From contig CAISLM010000014.1 in assembly GCA_903886255.1 (NCBI GenBank), forward strand, positions 13,562 to 77,561: a DNA stretch of 64,000 nucleotides. The letters run 5' to 3'. This document shows positions 1 through 9,265 of the stretch, piece after piece. The notes below the pieces were generated by a model. It saw nothing but the letters and a program-made list of their open reading frames with translations. It searched no databases and was not told where the DNA came from. How positions within the stretch are numbered: the stretch's first letter is position 1; each line of letters starts with the position of its first letter. The position numbers were made by a program, and so were the translations under genes. Origin of the DNA: Candidatus Collierbacteria bacterium (lineage in GTDB: Bacteria; Patescibacteriota; Microgenomatia; UBA1400; MFAQ01).

Positions 1-1
1 A

Positions 2-448
2 AATGAACTTATCGAAAAGCTTAGAGGGGAACTACCCCTACTACCCGATCAGTTAATCTCGGATTTAATTGGTAGAGGTATCGATGTGAAATACGCCAAA
101 ATCATAGTTGGAAACGAAGAAGCCTTATCTATCTTAAATAATTATAAAGACGATAGCGACATCGAGCCAAATAAGCTCGCCAGTTTATTAGCCAACAAAA
201 AAATAGACACAAAGGGGGATATAAAAGGGGAGTATCAAAAGGCTACAAAAGTTGGAAATACAAATATAGAAGAATTAAAATCGGTTGTCGAAAAAATCAT
301 CTCGTCAAACCCCAATGTCGTCGCCGAATTTAAAAAAGGTAAAACCGGTGTTGCCGGATTCTTTGTGGGTCAGGCGATGAAAGAAACTAAAGGCCAAGCC
401 GATCCCAAGACACTCAATAAAATAGTCATAGAACTGCTGAACAGTTAA
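2..448 (+). CDS. gatB: Asp/Glu-tRNA amidotransferase subunit B, C-terminal part (5' partial)
   Basis: Frame is open from the window edge (NELIEKLRGELPLLP...). It ends in a GatB/YqeY tail: GFFVGQAMKETKGQADP. Confidence 0.85.
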   Translation, partial: NELIEKLRGELPLLPDQLISDLIGRGIDVKYAKIIVGNEEALSILNNYKDDSDIEPNKLASLLANKKIDTKGDIKGEYQKATKVGNTNIEELKSVVEKIISSNPNVVAEFKKGKTGVAGFFVGQAMKETKGQADPKTLNKIVIELLNS

Positions 449-1314
449 GATTTAAAACATATCGCCCCTTCCTTAATCCAGCTATAAGCGACAGTTCCGT
501 CTTGGAAAACAACCAGCTGGCGGACAAAATCTTTCTTGGGGTCATGCTTCGTCACATAGTCTGTTATCCTCACCAAAGTACCATTGTAATCATAAACACC
601 ACCACCCCAAACATGACCATGACAGAGAATTGCATTATTTTTTAACCAAAGTCTGATTCTAAATAGATTCCAACGAGAAGGCGTACTCTCGTTTCTACTA
701 TTGTCAGGATTTCCGATTGGCCATGAAGAAATATTTTCACAACCACAACTCTTCAATTTTTCAATAATATTCAAATACGATTCCGGAGTGTCAATTCCTC
801 CTTTTCTCAGGAGTACAGTGGCTCTACATTGCAAACCATGTTTCCGGATATTCTTAAATATTTCCTCATATTTTGGATATTTGGGAATTCCATATACGGA
901 AGCCTGATCCTTCTCCGAAATTTCATGTATAGATACGGCTATAGCTGTTAGCCCCAGATTCTTCCAAACTGGTAAATATTTATCGCAGAACTTCTCGTTT
1001 CCCAATAATATTCCATTCGTAAATAGATTTACATTGGTGAAATATGCTCCTTCTTTTGCAACGTCTTGGTAATCCTTCAAGGCGTTTGCAACCGCTATGG
1101 GCGAACAAGTTGGTTCACCACTACTTGTTAGTGATAGTGACCATCCACCATATCTTGCGGACAATCTGAGGGCGCTTTTGAAAGTACTCGGCATTAGATT
1201 GTCTGTAGGCGCTACCTTTTTTAACTCCTTCGCCGCACAGAAAGCACAATTTCCATTACATACATTACTACCGAGTAAGGCGCTAACACTGTAAATCTTT
1301 TCTATACAGGCCAT
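445..1314 (-). CDS. Radical SAM protein of unknown function
   Basis: CNGNCAFC (CxxxCxxC), SSGEP (GGEP-like) and FTNG motifs; 289 aa; no SPASM domain. Confidence 0.85.
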   Translation of the reverse strand: MACIEKIYSVSALLGSNVCNGNCAFCAAKELKKVAPTDNLMPSTFKSALRLSARYGGWSLSLTSSGEPTCSPIAVANALKDYQDVAKEGAYFTNVNLFTNGILLGNEKFCDKYLPVWKNLGLTAIAVSIHEISEKDQASVYGIPKYPKYEEIFKNIRKHGLQCRATVLLRKGGIDTPESYLNIIEKLKSCGCENISSWPIGNPDNSRNESTPSRWNLFRIRLWLKNNAILCHGHVWGGGVYDYNGTLVRITDYVTKHDPKKDFVRQLVVFQDGTVAYSWIKEGAICFKS

Positions 1315-1409
1315 TTGTATATTAATTGATAACTAATAAATCTTAAAAACCCCTCGACAGAATTGGTACGACATCATCCATGTATAAAATTATAAAAAAT
1401 TAATAAAAA

Positions 1410-1425
1410 CATCAATATCTTGACA
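1410..1425. promoter_or_regulatory. Candidate NrdR box
   Basis: catCAATATCTTGaca matches the CwAtATaTwG core at 9/10 positions. It lies between divergent nrdR and the radical SAM gene. Only one copy found. Confidence 0.4.
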
Positions 1426-1446
1426 TTTATTTGTATAATCTTAAAT

Positions 1447-1899
1447 ATGAAATGTCCATTTTGTGATAGCGATCAATTGATCGTCACCAATTCCAGACCT
1501 ACGAATAATGAAATGGAAATTTGGCGGAGAAGAAAATGTCTTCATTGTGGTGGCTTGTTAACTACCCACGAGAAAATTGATCTATCTTTCATAACAGTGA
1601 TAAAAAGATCAGGCAAAAGAGTTAAATACAATCGTGCCAAATTATATTCAAGTATTTATCACGTTGTTTCCGCAACAAAGAAAATCGATAGGGGAACTGC
1701 CGGCGATATTTCAGAAAAACTAATGGAAAAGGCTGAAAAGGAAATAATAAACCTTAAAATAAGAGAATTAAGCTCAGAAACAATTTTTTTAATTGTCTCT
1801 GAAATACTCAAGAGTTCATATCCGGACAGCTTCTTGAGGTACGTCGCCTATTTTTCGAAATCAATCATCCCGAAAGATTTACTCCTCAGTGGGTTCTAG
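1447..1899 (+). CDS. nrdR: Transcriptional repressor NrdR
   Basis: MKCPFC...WRRRKCLHC zinc ribbon plus ATP-cone (VIKRSG...YVAY). Start moved to ATG 1447, 7 nt after TATAAT. Confidence 0.85.
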   Translation: MKCPFCDSDQLIVTNSRPTNNEMEIWRRRKCLHCGGLLTTHEKIDLSFITVIKRSGKRVKYNRAKLYSSIYHVVSATKKIDRGTAGDISEKLMEKAEKEIINLKIRELSSETIFLIVSEILKSSYPDSFLRYVAYFSKSIIPKDLLLSGF

Positions 1900-2523
1900 A
1901 GAAAACTTTACACCCATGTCGTCCAACTCCTGAGATAATTTGTCGTTTTTTTCCTCAGTTGATAGCAGATGTATGTGCGCATCCGACAGGTGAACTGATT
2001 TTTGAAGTACTCTCGCGTGCAGTTGGCCGAAAAGTTCAACTACCCTTTTCATATCTTTTTTGTCGAGAGTCATCATGTAAGTATTGCCCTTTGTCCCAAA
2101 TTTATATTGCAAAGCCGCCATAGGATTAAGCATCAAAACCAAGAAAACTGTTGTTGCCGCAGGAATGTAAAAACCTGAACCAATCGCCACGCCTATTGCC
2201 GCAGTAGTCCAAATAGTAGCAGCGGTAGTCACTCCTGAAAGTCTATTTCCGTTTTTAAGAATAACTCCGGCACCCAAGAAACCGACTCCGGATACAATCT
2301 GCGCCATGATTCTTGTAGGGTCTTGCCCCAAAACACCCAAACTGTTGGCGACATAAATAGAAAGTCCTGCAAACAGCGCCGAGCCAACACAGACCAGCAT
2401 TTGGGTTCTAAGGCCGGCCACCTTTCCGCTTCTTTCTCTATCGTAACCAATAAGTATTCCTGCAAAAAAAGCTATTAGTAAACGGAAAGCTATCGTCATT
2501 TGGATAGAATAATCAATTACCAT
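1879..2523 (-). CDS. MgtC/SapB family membrane protein
   Basis: IGYDRE, AGLRT, DPTRIMAQIVSGVGFLGAGVI and TTAATIW signatures. Confidence 0.9.
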   Translation of the reverse strand: MVIDYSIQMTIAFRLLIAFFAGILIGYDRERSGKVAGLRTQMLVCVGSALFAGLSIYVANSLGVLGQDPTRIMAQIVSGVGFLGAGVILKNGNRLSGVTTAATIWTTAAIGVAIGSGFYIPAATTVFLVLMLNPMAALQYKFGTKGNTYMMTLDKKDMKRVVELFGQLHARVLQKSVHLSDAHIHLLSTEEKNDKLSQELDDMGVKFSLEPTEE

Positions 2524-2592
2524 AACAAAAGTTTACACTACTTGATAATTCGACTCAAACAATTGAAGATATGTAAGTAGTAACATAAATCA

Positions 2593-5500
2593 ATGCCAAA
2601 GTTTACCCACCTTCATGTCCATACGGAATTTTCACTTTTGGACGGTCTTTCCAAGATCGGTAAGCTTGTTGCCAAAACAAAAGAATTTGGTCAAACACAT
2701 TTGGCAATTACAGATCACGGCACAATGTATGGTGCGATAGAATTTTATAAAAAAGCTACAAAAGAGGGTATTGTACCCATCATAGGTTGCGAAGTATATC
2801 TGGCTAAAAAATCACGTTTCGATAAAGAAAAACAAGATGCCAATCACTTGATTCTTTTATCCGAAAACTTTGAGGGTTACCAAAACCTAATGAAAATTGT
2901 AACTACCGGTTTCATGGAGGGTTTCTATTACAAGCCAAGAATCGACAAAGAAACTCTTGAGAAATATTCGAAAGGAATAATTTGTGCAACAGCATGTCCG
3001 GCGGGAAGAGTCCAGAAACTTTTAATCGAAGACAATTACGAAGCCGCCAAAACAGAGCTTCAGGAATATGAACGAATTTTTGGTCCCGACAACGTTTTTG
3101 TAGAACTTCAACGGCACCATTACGACCGATACGCACAGCTGCCTTCGGTTCCGCCGGAAATAAAACCAAAACTTCTGGAAATGTATGATAACCAGATCAA
3201 GGGAGAAAAAGGACTTATTAAGTTGAGTCGAGAGCTGGGAATTCCCCTAATCGCCACCAACGACTCACACTATATTAACCAAGACGATGCGGCTGCCCAA
3301 GATGCTCTTGTCTGCGTCCAGTCGGGTAAAATGCTTTCCGACACAAATCGAATTCGATATATCGATACTCCGGATTTTTACTTAAAATCACCTGAGGAAA
3401 TGGCTGTCGAATTTGAAGATCTTCCTGAGGCTATCGAAAACACTCAAAAATTAGCTGATCGTTGTAAGGTTGAAATCGTAATTGGTCAATGGTATTTTCC
3501 CAAAATTAAAATCCCTGCAGGAAAAACTGCCGGAGAAACCCTAAGAGACATGGCTTATGGTGGTGCCAAAGAAAGGTTCCCCGAAATTACCGAAGATATT
3601 TCCAAACGTTTGGAATACGAGCTGGAAATAATTGAGAAGAAAGGATACTCACCTTACTTTTTACTTGAGTCCGGCATTGTTAATTATGCCGATGAAGTCG
3701 GTATCTACACAAATACTAGAGGTTCTGCGGCCGGCTCTCTAGTTTCTTATTGTTGTGGAATTACGACAGTCGATCCGCTTCGATTTAGACTTCCATTTGA
3801 GCGTTTTCTGAATCCTTTCCGTCCATCTCCTCCCGACATTGACCTTGATGTTGCTGATATCCATCGTGACGATCTCATCAGGTATCTCGCTAATACTTAC
3901 GGAAAAGAAAAAGTCGGTCAGATCTGTACCTTTGGGACAATGAAAGCTAGGGCTGCAGTTCGCGATATCGGTCGAGTCATGGGAATGCCATACTCAAAAG
4001 TAGATTTGATAAGCAAGACAATCCCTGAAGGTAGTCAAGGTTTCCCCATGACGCTAAAAAAAGCCCTAGAGACTACTCCGGAATTGAAAAAAATGAAAGA
4101 CAGCGACCCCGAAGTTAGCAAGCTTTTGGAAATGGCTCAGAAGGTGGAAAGCAATGCTCGCCATATTTCTGTTCATGCCGCTGCCGTTATCGTCGGCCCG
4201 GATGATTTAGTAAAATTTACTCCTTTGCAAAAAGAAACCGGTGGAGGTGAACGCATCATCACTCAATACGAAATGCATGCTTGTGAAGATGTAGGTTTAA
4301 TAAAGCTTGATATCTTAGGCATTTCCAATCTTACGATTCTCGCTAATGCCGTAAAAATTGTTGAAGCCATTCATAATGTCAAAATTCTGATTAAAAAGTT
4401 ACCCCTAGATGATAAAGAAACTTATGAAATGTTAGCTAGAGGTGAGACATTTGGTGTTTTTCAGATGGCCGGCGGGGGAATGACAAAATACCTAATGGAT
4501 CTTCACCCGGAAAGAATTGAAGATCTTATGGCCATGGTAGCATTGTATCGTCCCGGCCCCATGGGATCTATTCCGGAGTATATCGCTAGAAAAAGGGATC
4601 CAAAGTTAATTAAATACTTTGTTCCCGGTTTGGAAAATATTCTTGACATGTCATATGGAATCATCACTTATCAGGATGACGTTTTATTCATGGCAATTCA
4701 GCTCGCCGGATACAACTGGGAAGAAGCCGACAAATTTAGAAAAGCCATTGGTAAAAAGATTCCTGAGGAGATGGAGAAGCAACACTCAAAATTTGTTGAT
4801 GGTTGTGTTGAATTTAGTCATATCCCCCGTGACAAAGCTGAGGAATTGTTCAAACAAATAGAAACATTTGCAGCTTATGGATTCAACAAGGCTCACGCTG
4901 CTTCTTACGGAGTTGTTTCTTACTGGACTGCTTACGTGAAAGCTCATTATCCGGTTGAATATATGACCGCGCTAATGTCCGTTGAGGCAGCCGACACGGA
5001 CAAGGTAGTTACTGCGATAGGAGAATGTGAAAATCTTGGAATAAGAGTTCTTTCGCCGGACATAAACGAGTCCAGAACAGACTTTACGGTTATCGACCTG
5101 CCTGAAGATCAATGGTTGCCTGAAGGAAGAGCCAGGGATACAGGAAGAGCTATTCGTTTTGGTCTTTCAGCAATCAAAAATGTCGGCGAATCGGCAATCA
5201 CCGCGATTTTGTCGGCGAGAGACAAAGGCGATTTTAAATCTTTTACAGACTTCCTACGTCGTGTCGATCTATCAAAGGTGAATAAAAAAGTTGTCGAATC
5301 TCTTATCAAAGCGGGAGCTTTGGATCGTTGGGGAAACCGGGCACAACTTTTAGCTGCACTACCGATTATTCGCGACAATACAGTCAAGCTGCAAAAAGGC
5401 AAAGATGCCAGCCAGGTTAGTTTATTTGCTAATGTTGCCCACACTGAGGATACAACCGACAATCTGCCTGATATTCCCGAAATGCCGCTTGATGAAAAGT

Positions 5501-6096
5501 TAAAGCTCGAGAAACAATTGCTTGGATTTTATTTAACTGATCATCCTGTTAAAAAAATCGTTCGAATTGTCGCCAATCAAATTAGCCACAAAATTAATCA
5601 GCTTGATCCAACGCTTCATCTAAACCAAACTGTCACCCTTGCCGGAGTTATTTCGAGGGTACGATTGGTGAATACTAAAAAAAATAACTCAAAAATGGCT
5701 TTTATCACCCTTGAAGACGACACAAAAAGCATTGACTGCGTAGTTTTCCCAAAACTTTATGCCGAAAACCCCCTCTATTACGTTGAAGATAATGCTGTCC
5801 TGCTTAAGGGAAAAGTCGACAACCGAGACGACAAACTACAAATTGTTGTTGATTCTGTGTCGCCCATAGACACAAAACTGACACCGCAAGACATGATTCA
5901 CGAGATTTTCGTCAAAAATGGCACTCCCAAGGATCGCCTGGAAAGGGTCAGTGAGCTTTTAAAGACTCACAAAGGCGACCATGAAATCATTATTGCCATT
6001 GAGTCCGGAAATAATTTGAAGAAAATTGTTCTACCCTATAAGGTTGACTACACTCCTGAACTTGAGAAAGAAGTGGAAAAAACCCTTCAAGGCTGA
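2593..6096 (+). CDS. dnaE: DNA polymerase III alpha subunit
   Basis: PHP domain (HLHVHTEFSLLDG, TDHG), RGSAAGS, PDIDLD, YGFNKAH and C-terminal OB fold. Confidence 0.97.
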   Translation: MPKFTHLHVHTEFSLLDGLSKIGKLVAKTKEFGQTHLAITDHGTMYGAIEFYKKATKEGIVPIIGCEVYLAKKSRFDKEKQDANHLILLSENFEGYQNLMKIVTTGFMEGFYYKPRIDKETLEKYSKGIICATACPAGRVQKLLIEDNYEAAKTELQEYERIFGPDNVFVELQRHHYDRYAQLPSVPPEIKPKLLEMYDNQIKGEKGLIKLSRELGIPLIATNDSHYINQDDAAAQDALVCVQSGKMLSDTNRIRYIDTPDFYLKSPEEMAVEFEDLPEAIENTQKLADRCKVEIVIGQWYFPKIKIPAGKTAGETLRDMAYGGAKERFPEITEDISKRLEYELEIIEKKGYSPYFLLESGIVNYADEVGIYTNTRGSAAGSLVSYCCGITTVDPLRFRLPFERFLNPFRPSPPDIDLDVADIHRDDLIRYLANTYGKEKVGQICTFGTMKARAAVRDIGRVMGMPYSKVDLISKTIPEGSQGFPMTLKKALETTPELKKMKDSDPEVSKLLEMAQKVESNARHISVHAAAVIVGPDDLVKFTPLQKETGGGERIITQYEMHACEDVGLIKLDILGISNLTILANAVKIVEAIHNVKILIKKLPLDDKETYEMLARGETFGVFQMAGGGMTKYLMDLHPERIEDLMAMVALYRPGPMGSIPEYIARKRDPKLIKYFVPGLENILDMSYGIITYQDDVLFMAIQLAGYNWEEADKFRKAIGKKIPEEMEKQHSKFVDGCVEFSHIPRDKAEELFKQIETFAAYGFNKAHAASYGVVSYWTAYVKAHYPVEYMTALMSVEAADTDKVVTAIGECENLGIRVLSPDINESRTDFTVIDLPEDQWLPEGRARDTGRAIRFGLSAIKNVGESAITAILSARDKGDFKSFTDFLRRVDLSKVNKKVVESLIKAGALDRWGNRAQLLAALPIIRDNTVKLQKGKDASQVSLFANVAHTEDTTDNLPDIPEMPLDEKLKLEKQLLGFYLTDHPVKKIVRIVANQISHKINQLDPTLHLNQTVTLAGVISRVRLVNTKKNNSKMAFITLEDDTKSIDCVVFPKLYAENPLYYVEDNAVLLKGKVDNRDDKLQIVVDSVSPIDTKLTPQDMIHEIFVKNGTPKDRLERVSELLKTHKGDHEIIIAIESGNNLKKIVLPYKVDYTPELEKEVEKTLQG

Positions 6097-6130
6097 TAAA
6101 ATAGCTAGTCGCAATAATTAAACCAAAAAA

Positions 6131-6652
6131 ATGGCAAATCAAATCAAATGGCAGGATAAAATTGAGTTCGGTGTCGGAGACACAATAAAGGTGTCACAGA
6201 CCATTAAAGAAGGTGATAAAACTCGTACCCAGGCTTTCCAGGGTATCGTTATAGCTATCCGTGGCGATGGTCAAGGTAAAAACTTCATCGTGCGCAAAAT
6301 CGCTGTTGGCGGCGTCGGAGTCGAAAAAATCTACCCTATAAATACTCCCACAGTTACCGGAATTGAAATCATCAAAAAAGGCAAAGTCAGACGTGCCAAA
6401 CTTTATTACCTCAGAAACCTTCTTGGCAAAAAAGCTACAAAAATTAAAGACGTTTTTGTTCGCAAGGGCCAATCCGCTTCAGTTGAAGTTCCTGTCGAAA
6501 CTCCCAAAATTGAAACAGAAACCAAAGAAGAGAAACAAAGACCTGAACCTGTCAAGGTAAAAAACGCTCCTAAGGTGGAAGTCGTCAAAGAAAAGAAGGT
6601 CAAAAAAGGACCAAAAAAAATCGTCCGTAAAGAACGACAATTTACCCGCTAA
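6131..6652 (+). CDS. rplS: 50S ribosomal protein L19 with K/E-rich C-terminal extension
   Basis: GDTIKV...FQGIVIA...GVGVEKIYP...GKVRRAKLYYLR. Confidence 0.95.
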   Translation: MANQIKWQDKIEFGVGDTIKVSQTIKEGDKTRTQAFQGIVIAIRGDGQGKNFIVRKIAVGGVGVEKIYPINTPTVTGIEIIKKGKVRRAKLYYLRNLLGKKATKIKDVFVRKGQSASVEVPVETPKIETETKEEKQRPEPVKVKNAPKVEVVKEKKVKKGPKKIVRKERQFTR

Positions 6653-6679
6653 AAATAAAACCCCGGGAGTTACCCGGGG
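6652..6679 (-). terminator. Intrinsic terminator between convergent rplS and pyrH
   Basis: CCCCGGG-agtta-CCCGGGG stem with a U tract on the minus strand. Confidence 0.65.
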
Positions 6680-6687
6680 AAGAGATT

Positions 6688-7398
6688 TTAGCTTACTAGC
6701 GTTCCAATATTTTCGCCATTTAGAATTCGTTCAATGTTGTTCAAGTCCTCAACGTTGAAGACAATAATTGGAATTTTCTGATCCTTACAGACGGCAAACG
6801 CTGTGCTATCCATAACCATTAGTCCCTGAACCAGAGCTTCTTGAAAAGTTAGGGTAGAAAACATTTTTGCGTCTTTGTCGACTTTAGGATCGGCAGAATA
6901 AACTCCATCGACGCCACTACCCTTTAAAAGTATTTCACAATCCAATTCCGCTGCAAGCAACGCCGCGGTTGTGTCTGTTGTAAAAAATGGTCGGCCGGTA
7001 CCGCCTACCAGTATTACGACTCGGCCCACATCCAAGTGATGCATAGCCTTTAGCCTGATATATGGTTCGCAGGCCTGATCCAGACGAAGTGACGACATTA
7101 CGCGGGATTCAACATTGAGAATATTTAGTTCTCCCTGCAAGGCCAATCCGTTCATGATAGTTCCCATCATTCCAATGAAATCTGCTTGAGCCCTATCAAA
7201 GTTATCACCGCGAATATTTCTTCCCCGAAACAAATTACCGCCACCAATAACTATGGCAAGATCGGTATCGTGCACTTTGCGTAAATGAGCCAAATACTCT
7301 GCAATCCTCTTAACTACTACGAAATCAATACCGGTTCTACCTTTTTCACAAAAAAGTTCCCCTGTAAGCTTCAATAGGACTCTCTTATAACGGGGCAA
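6688..7398 (-). CDS. pyrH: UMP kinase
   Basis: RVLLKLTGE, GGGNLFRG, PFFTTDT, DGVYSADP. Start moved to TTG 7398, which has GGAGG 5 nt upstream. Confidence 0.93.
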   Translation of the reverse strand: MPRYKRVLLKLTGELFCEKGRTGIDFVVVKRIAEYLAHLRKVHDTDLAIVIGGGNLFRGRNIRGDNFDRAQADFIGMMGTIMNGLALQGELNILNVESRVMSSLRLDQACEPYIRLKAMHHLDVGRVVILVGGTGRPFFTTDTTAALLAAELDCEILLKGSGVDGVYSADPKVDKDAKMFSTLTFQEALVQGLMVMDSTAFAVCKDQKIPIIVFNVEDLNNIERILNGENIGTLVS

Positions 7399-7470
7399 AG
7401 GAACCTCCAATTAAGAATTTAATGTTCAAAACCTGAATATCTTAACACTCCCTCCCATAATTACTCTATA

Positions 7471-7486
7471 TTCAGCAATTATTAAG
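7471..7486 (+). promoter_or_regulatory. Candidate OmpR-family direct-repeat box upstream of the response regulator
   Basis: TTCAG-N6-TTAAG with 11-bp period; the same motif recurs at 9210-9225. Confidence 0.55.
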
Positions 7487-7508
7487 CAAGAAAGTATAAT
7501 CTAAGAGC

Positions 7509-8183
7509 ATGAGAATACTAATAGTAGAAGACGAACATAGGATCGCGACCTCCATCAAGAAAGGTTTGGAGCTGGAAAAATACGCCGTTGATGTTGCTTT
7601 TGATGGTCGGGATGGTTTTGATTTAGCTTCGACAGAAGAATATGACTGCATAATCCTAGACTTAATGTTGCCGGGAATGGACGGGCTTGAAATTTGTAAA
7701 AAACTGAGAGAAAAACAGATTCATACTCCAATATTGATCTTAACAGCCAGGAGCCAGACCGAAAACAAAATCGAAGGGCTCGACTCGGGTGCAGACGATT
7801 ATCTGACCAAACCATTTTCGTTTGAAGAGCTCCTCGCCCGCCTCAGAGCGCTAATTAGAAGACCAAATGGAACACAAGGAACGGTTCTTAAAGTCGGCAA
7901 TCTCGAGCTGGATACAGTAAGTTATAACGTCAAGAGGGGAGAGAAGGCCATTCAACTTTCAAGCAAAGAATATGCATTACTTGAATACCTTATGCGCCAA
8001 TCGGGGAACATAGTTTCTAAGGACAAAATAGTCACTCATGTCTGGAACTACGATGATGATGTTCTTCCAAATACAGTCGAGGTTTACATTAGAAAACTAC
8101 GACAAAAAATTGATATTCCTTTTAAAAATGAAAAATCGCTAATTAATACAATTAGAGGGTTCGGTTATAAAATCGAAAGTTAA
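7509..8183 (+). CDS. OmpR/PhoB-family response regulator
   Basis: Receiver domain (VEDE, LDLMLP, GADDYLTKPF) and winged helix (TIRGFGY). Confidence 0.95.
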   Translation: MRILIVEDEHRIATSIKKGLELEKYAVDVAFDGRDGFDLASTEEYDCIILDLMLPGMDGLEICKKLREKQIHTPILILTARSQTENKIEGLDSGADDYLTKPFSFEELLARLRALIRRPNGTQGTVLKVGNLELDTVSYNVKRGEKAIQLSSKEYALLEYLMRQSGNIVSKDKIVTHVWNYDDDVLPNTVEVYIRKLRQKIDIPFKNEKSLINTIRGFGYKIES

Positions 8184-9196
8184 TGTTTCAAAAAGCAAGA
8201 CTAAAACTCACGGCTTGGTATCTCCTTATTATTATGCTGGTTTGCTTTTGCCTAAGTGCCGTAATTTTTAGGATTCAAATGTCCGAAGTTGATAGATTTG
8301 CCAGAGCCCAAAGAGTTAGGATGGAAAGTCAATTTCCTCCCGGAATATTTGCTAATCAAGTTCCCGTCGCAGTTGATCCGGATCTTATCGCGGAAACGCA
8401 AATGCATTTATTGTTTAATTTATTGACACTAAACGGAATAATCATTGTTATTGCCGGCGGCCTAGGTTATCTCTTGGCGGGTAAGACACTTTATCCAATT
8501 AAAATAATGTTGGAAGACCAAAATCGTTTTATATCAGATTCCTCCCATGAGTTACGAACACCCTTAACATCGCTTAAGAGCTCCATGGAAGTCGCCATGA
8601 TGGACAAAAACCTAACACTTACCGAAGCCAAAAATCTTATTATTGAGAATCTAGATGATGTTAATAGACTACAAAAACTATCTGACTCGCTTATACAGCT
8701 AACGAAAGGTAAAAACAATTCGGCTCAGAATCTTGACCTGGAAGTGGCCTCAACAACATTCCTGGTTAAAACCTCTATTGATCAACTCAAAGCCCAAGCA
8801 AGTATCAAGAAAATAAAAATCAGATCGTTAATTAAAAATGCATCATTGAAAGTAGATAAAAACAAAATCGTAAATTTATTGGTTATCCTTTTGGATAATG
8901 CAATCAAATACAGTCCTGAAAAAAGTACTGTTGTAGTCAAATCATGGAAGACCAAACATTTTGTCTTCTTCTCAATTAAAGATCAGGGTGTCGGAATTGC
9001 GGAAAAAGATCTTCCCCATATATTTGATAGATTCTATCGGGCTGATGCCTCGCGTTCAAATGCAAATACCCCCGGTTACGGACTTGGTTTGTCAATTGCA
9101 AAACTAATTGTAAATGAACACAAAGGCTCCATTTCTGTGAAAAGTTTTACTAAAAATGGTACGATTTTCTTGGTTAAGCTCCCTTCAAAAAACTAA
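8183..9196 (+). CDS. Sensor histidine kinase
   Basis: Two TM helices, H-box SHELRTP, N-box DNAIKY, G boxes DQGVG and GYGLGL. Confidence 0.95.
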   Translation: MFQKARLKLTAWYLLIIMLVCFCLSAVIFRIQMSEVDRFARAQRVRMESQFPPGIFANQVPVAVDPDLIAETQMHLLFNLLTLNGIIIVIAGGLGYLLAGKTLYPIKIMLEDQNRFISDSSHELRTPLTSLKSSMEVAMMDKNLTLTEAKNLIIENLDDVNRLQKLSDSLIQLTKGKNNSAQNLDLEVASTTFLVKTSIDQLKAQASIKKIKIRSLIKNASLKVDKNKIVNLLVILLDNAIKYSPEKSTVVVKSWKTKHFVFFSIKDQGVGIAEKDLPHIFDRFYRADASRSNANTPGYGLGLSIAKLIVNEHKGSISVKSFTKNGTIFLVKLPSKN

Positions 9197-9209
9197 CCGG
9201 TATAAACAT

Positions 9210-9225
9210 TTCAGCTACATTTAAG
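9210..9225 (+). promoter_or_regulatory. Candidate OmpR-family direct-repeat box upstream of the exporter operon
   Basis: acatTTCAGctacatTTAAG, same spacing as 7471-7486. Confidence 0.55.
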
Positions 9226-9265
9226 TTTCATAAACTAAATTACCAGCGTAACTAATAAAAATATT

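Noticed and set aside
1420-1439. TTGACA and TATAAT as a consensus promoter
   Set aside because: The spacer is only 8 bp; the TTGACA is better explained as part of the candidate NrdR box.
2593-6096. Possible intein in dnaE
   Set aside because: The length is normal and no splice-junction or LAGLIDADG motifs were seen.
6460-6652. L19 C-terminal extension as a novel domain
   Set aside because: Low-complexity K/E/P tails are common on L19; there is no motif.
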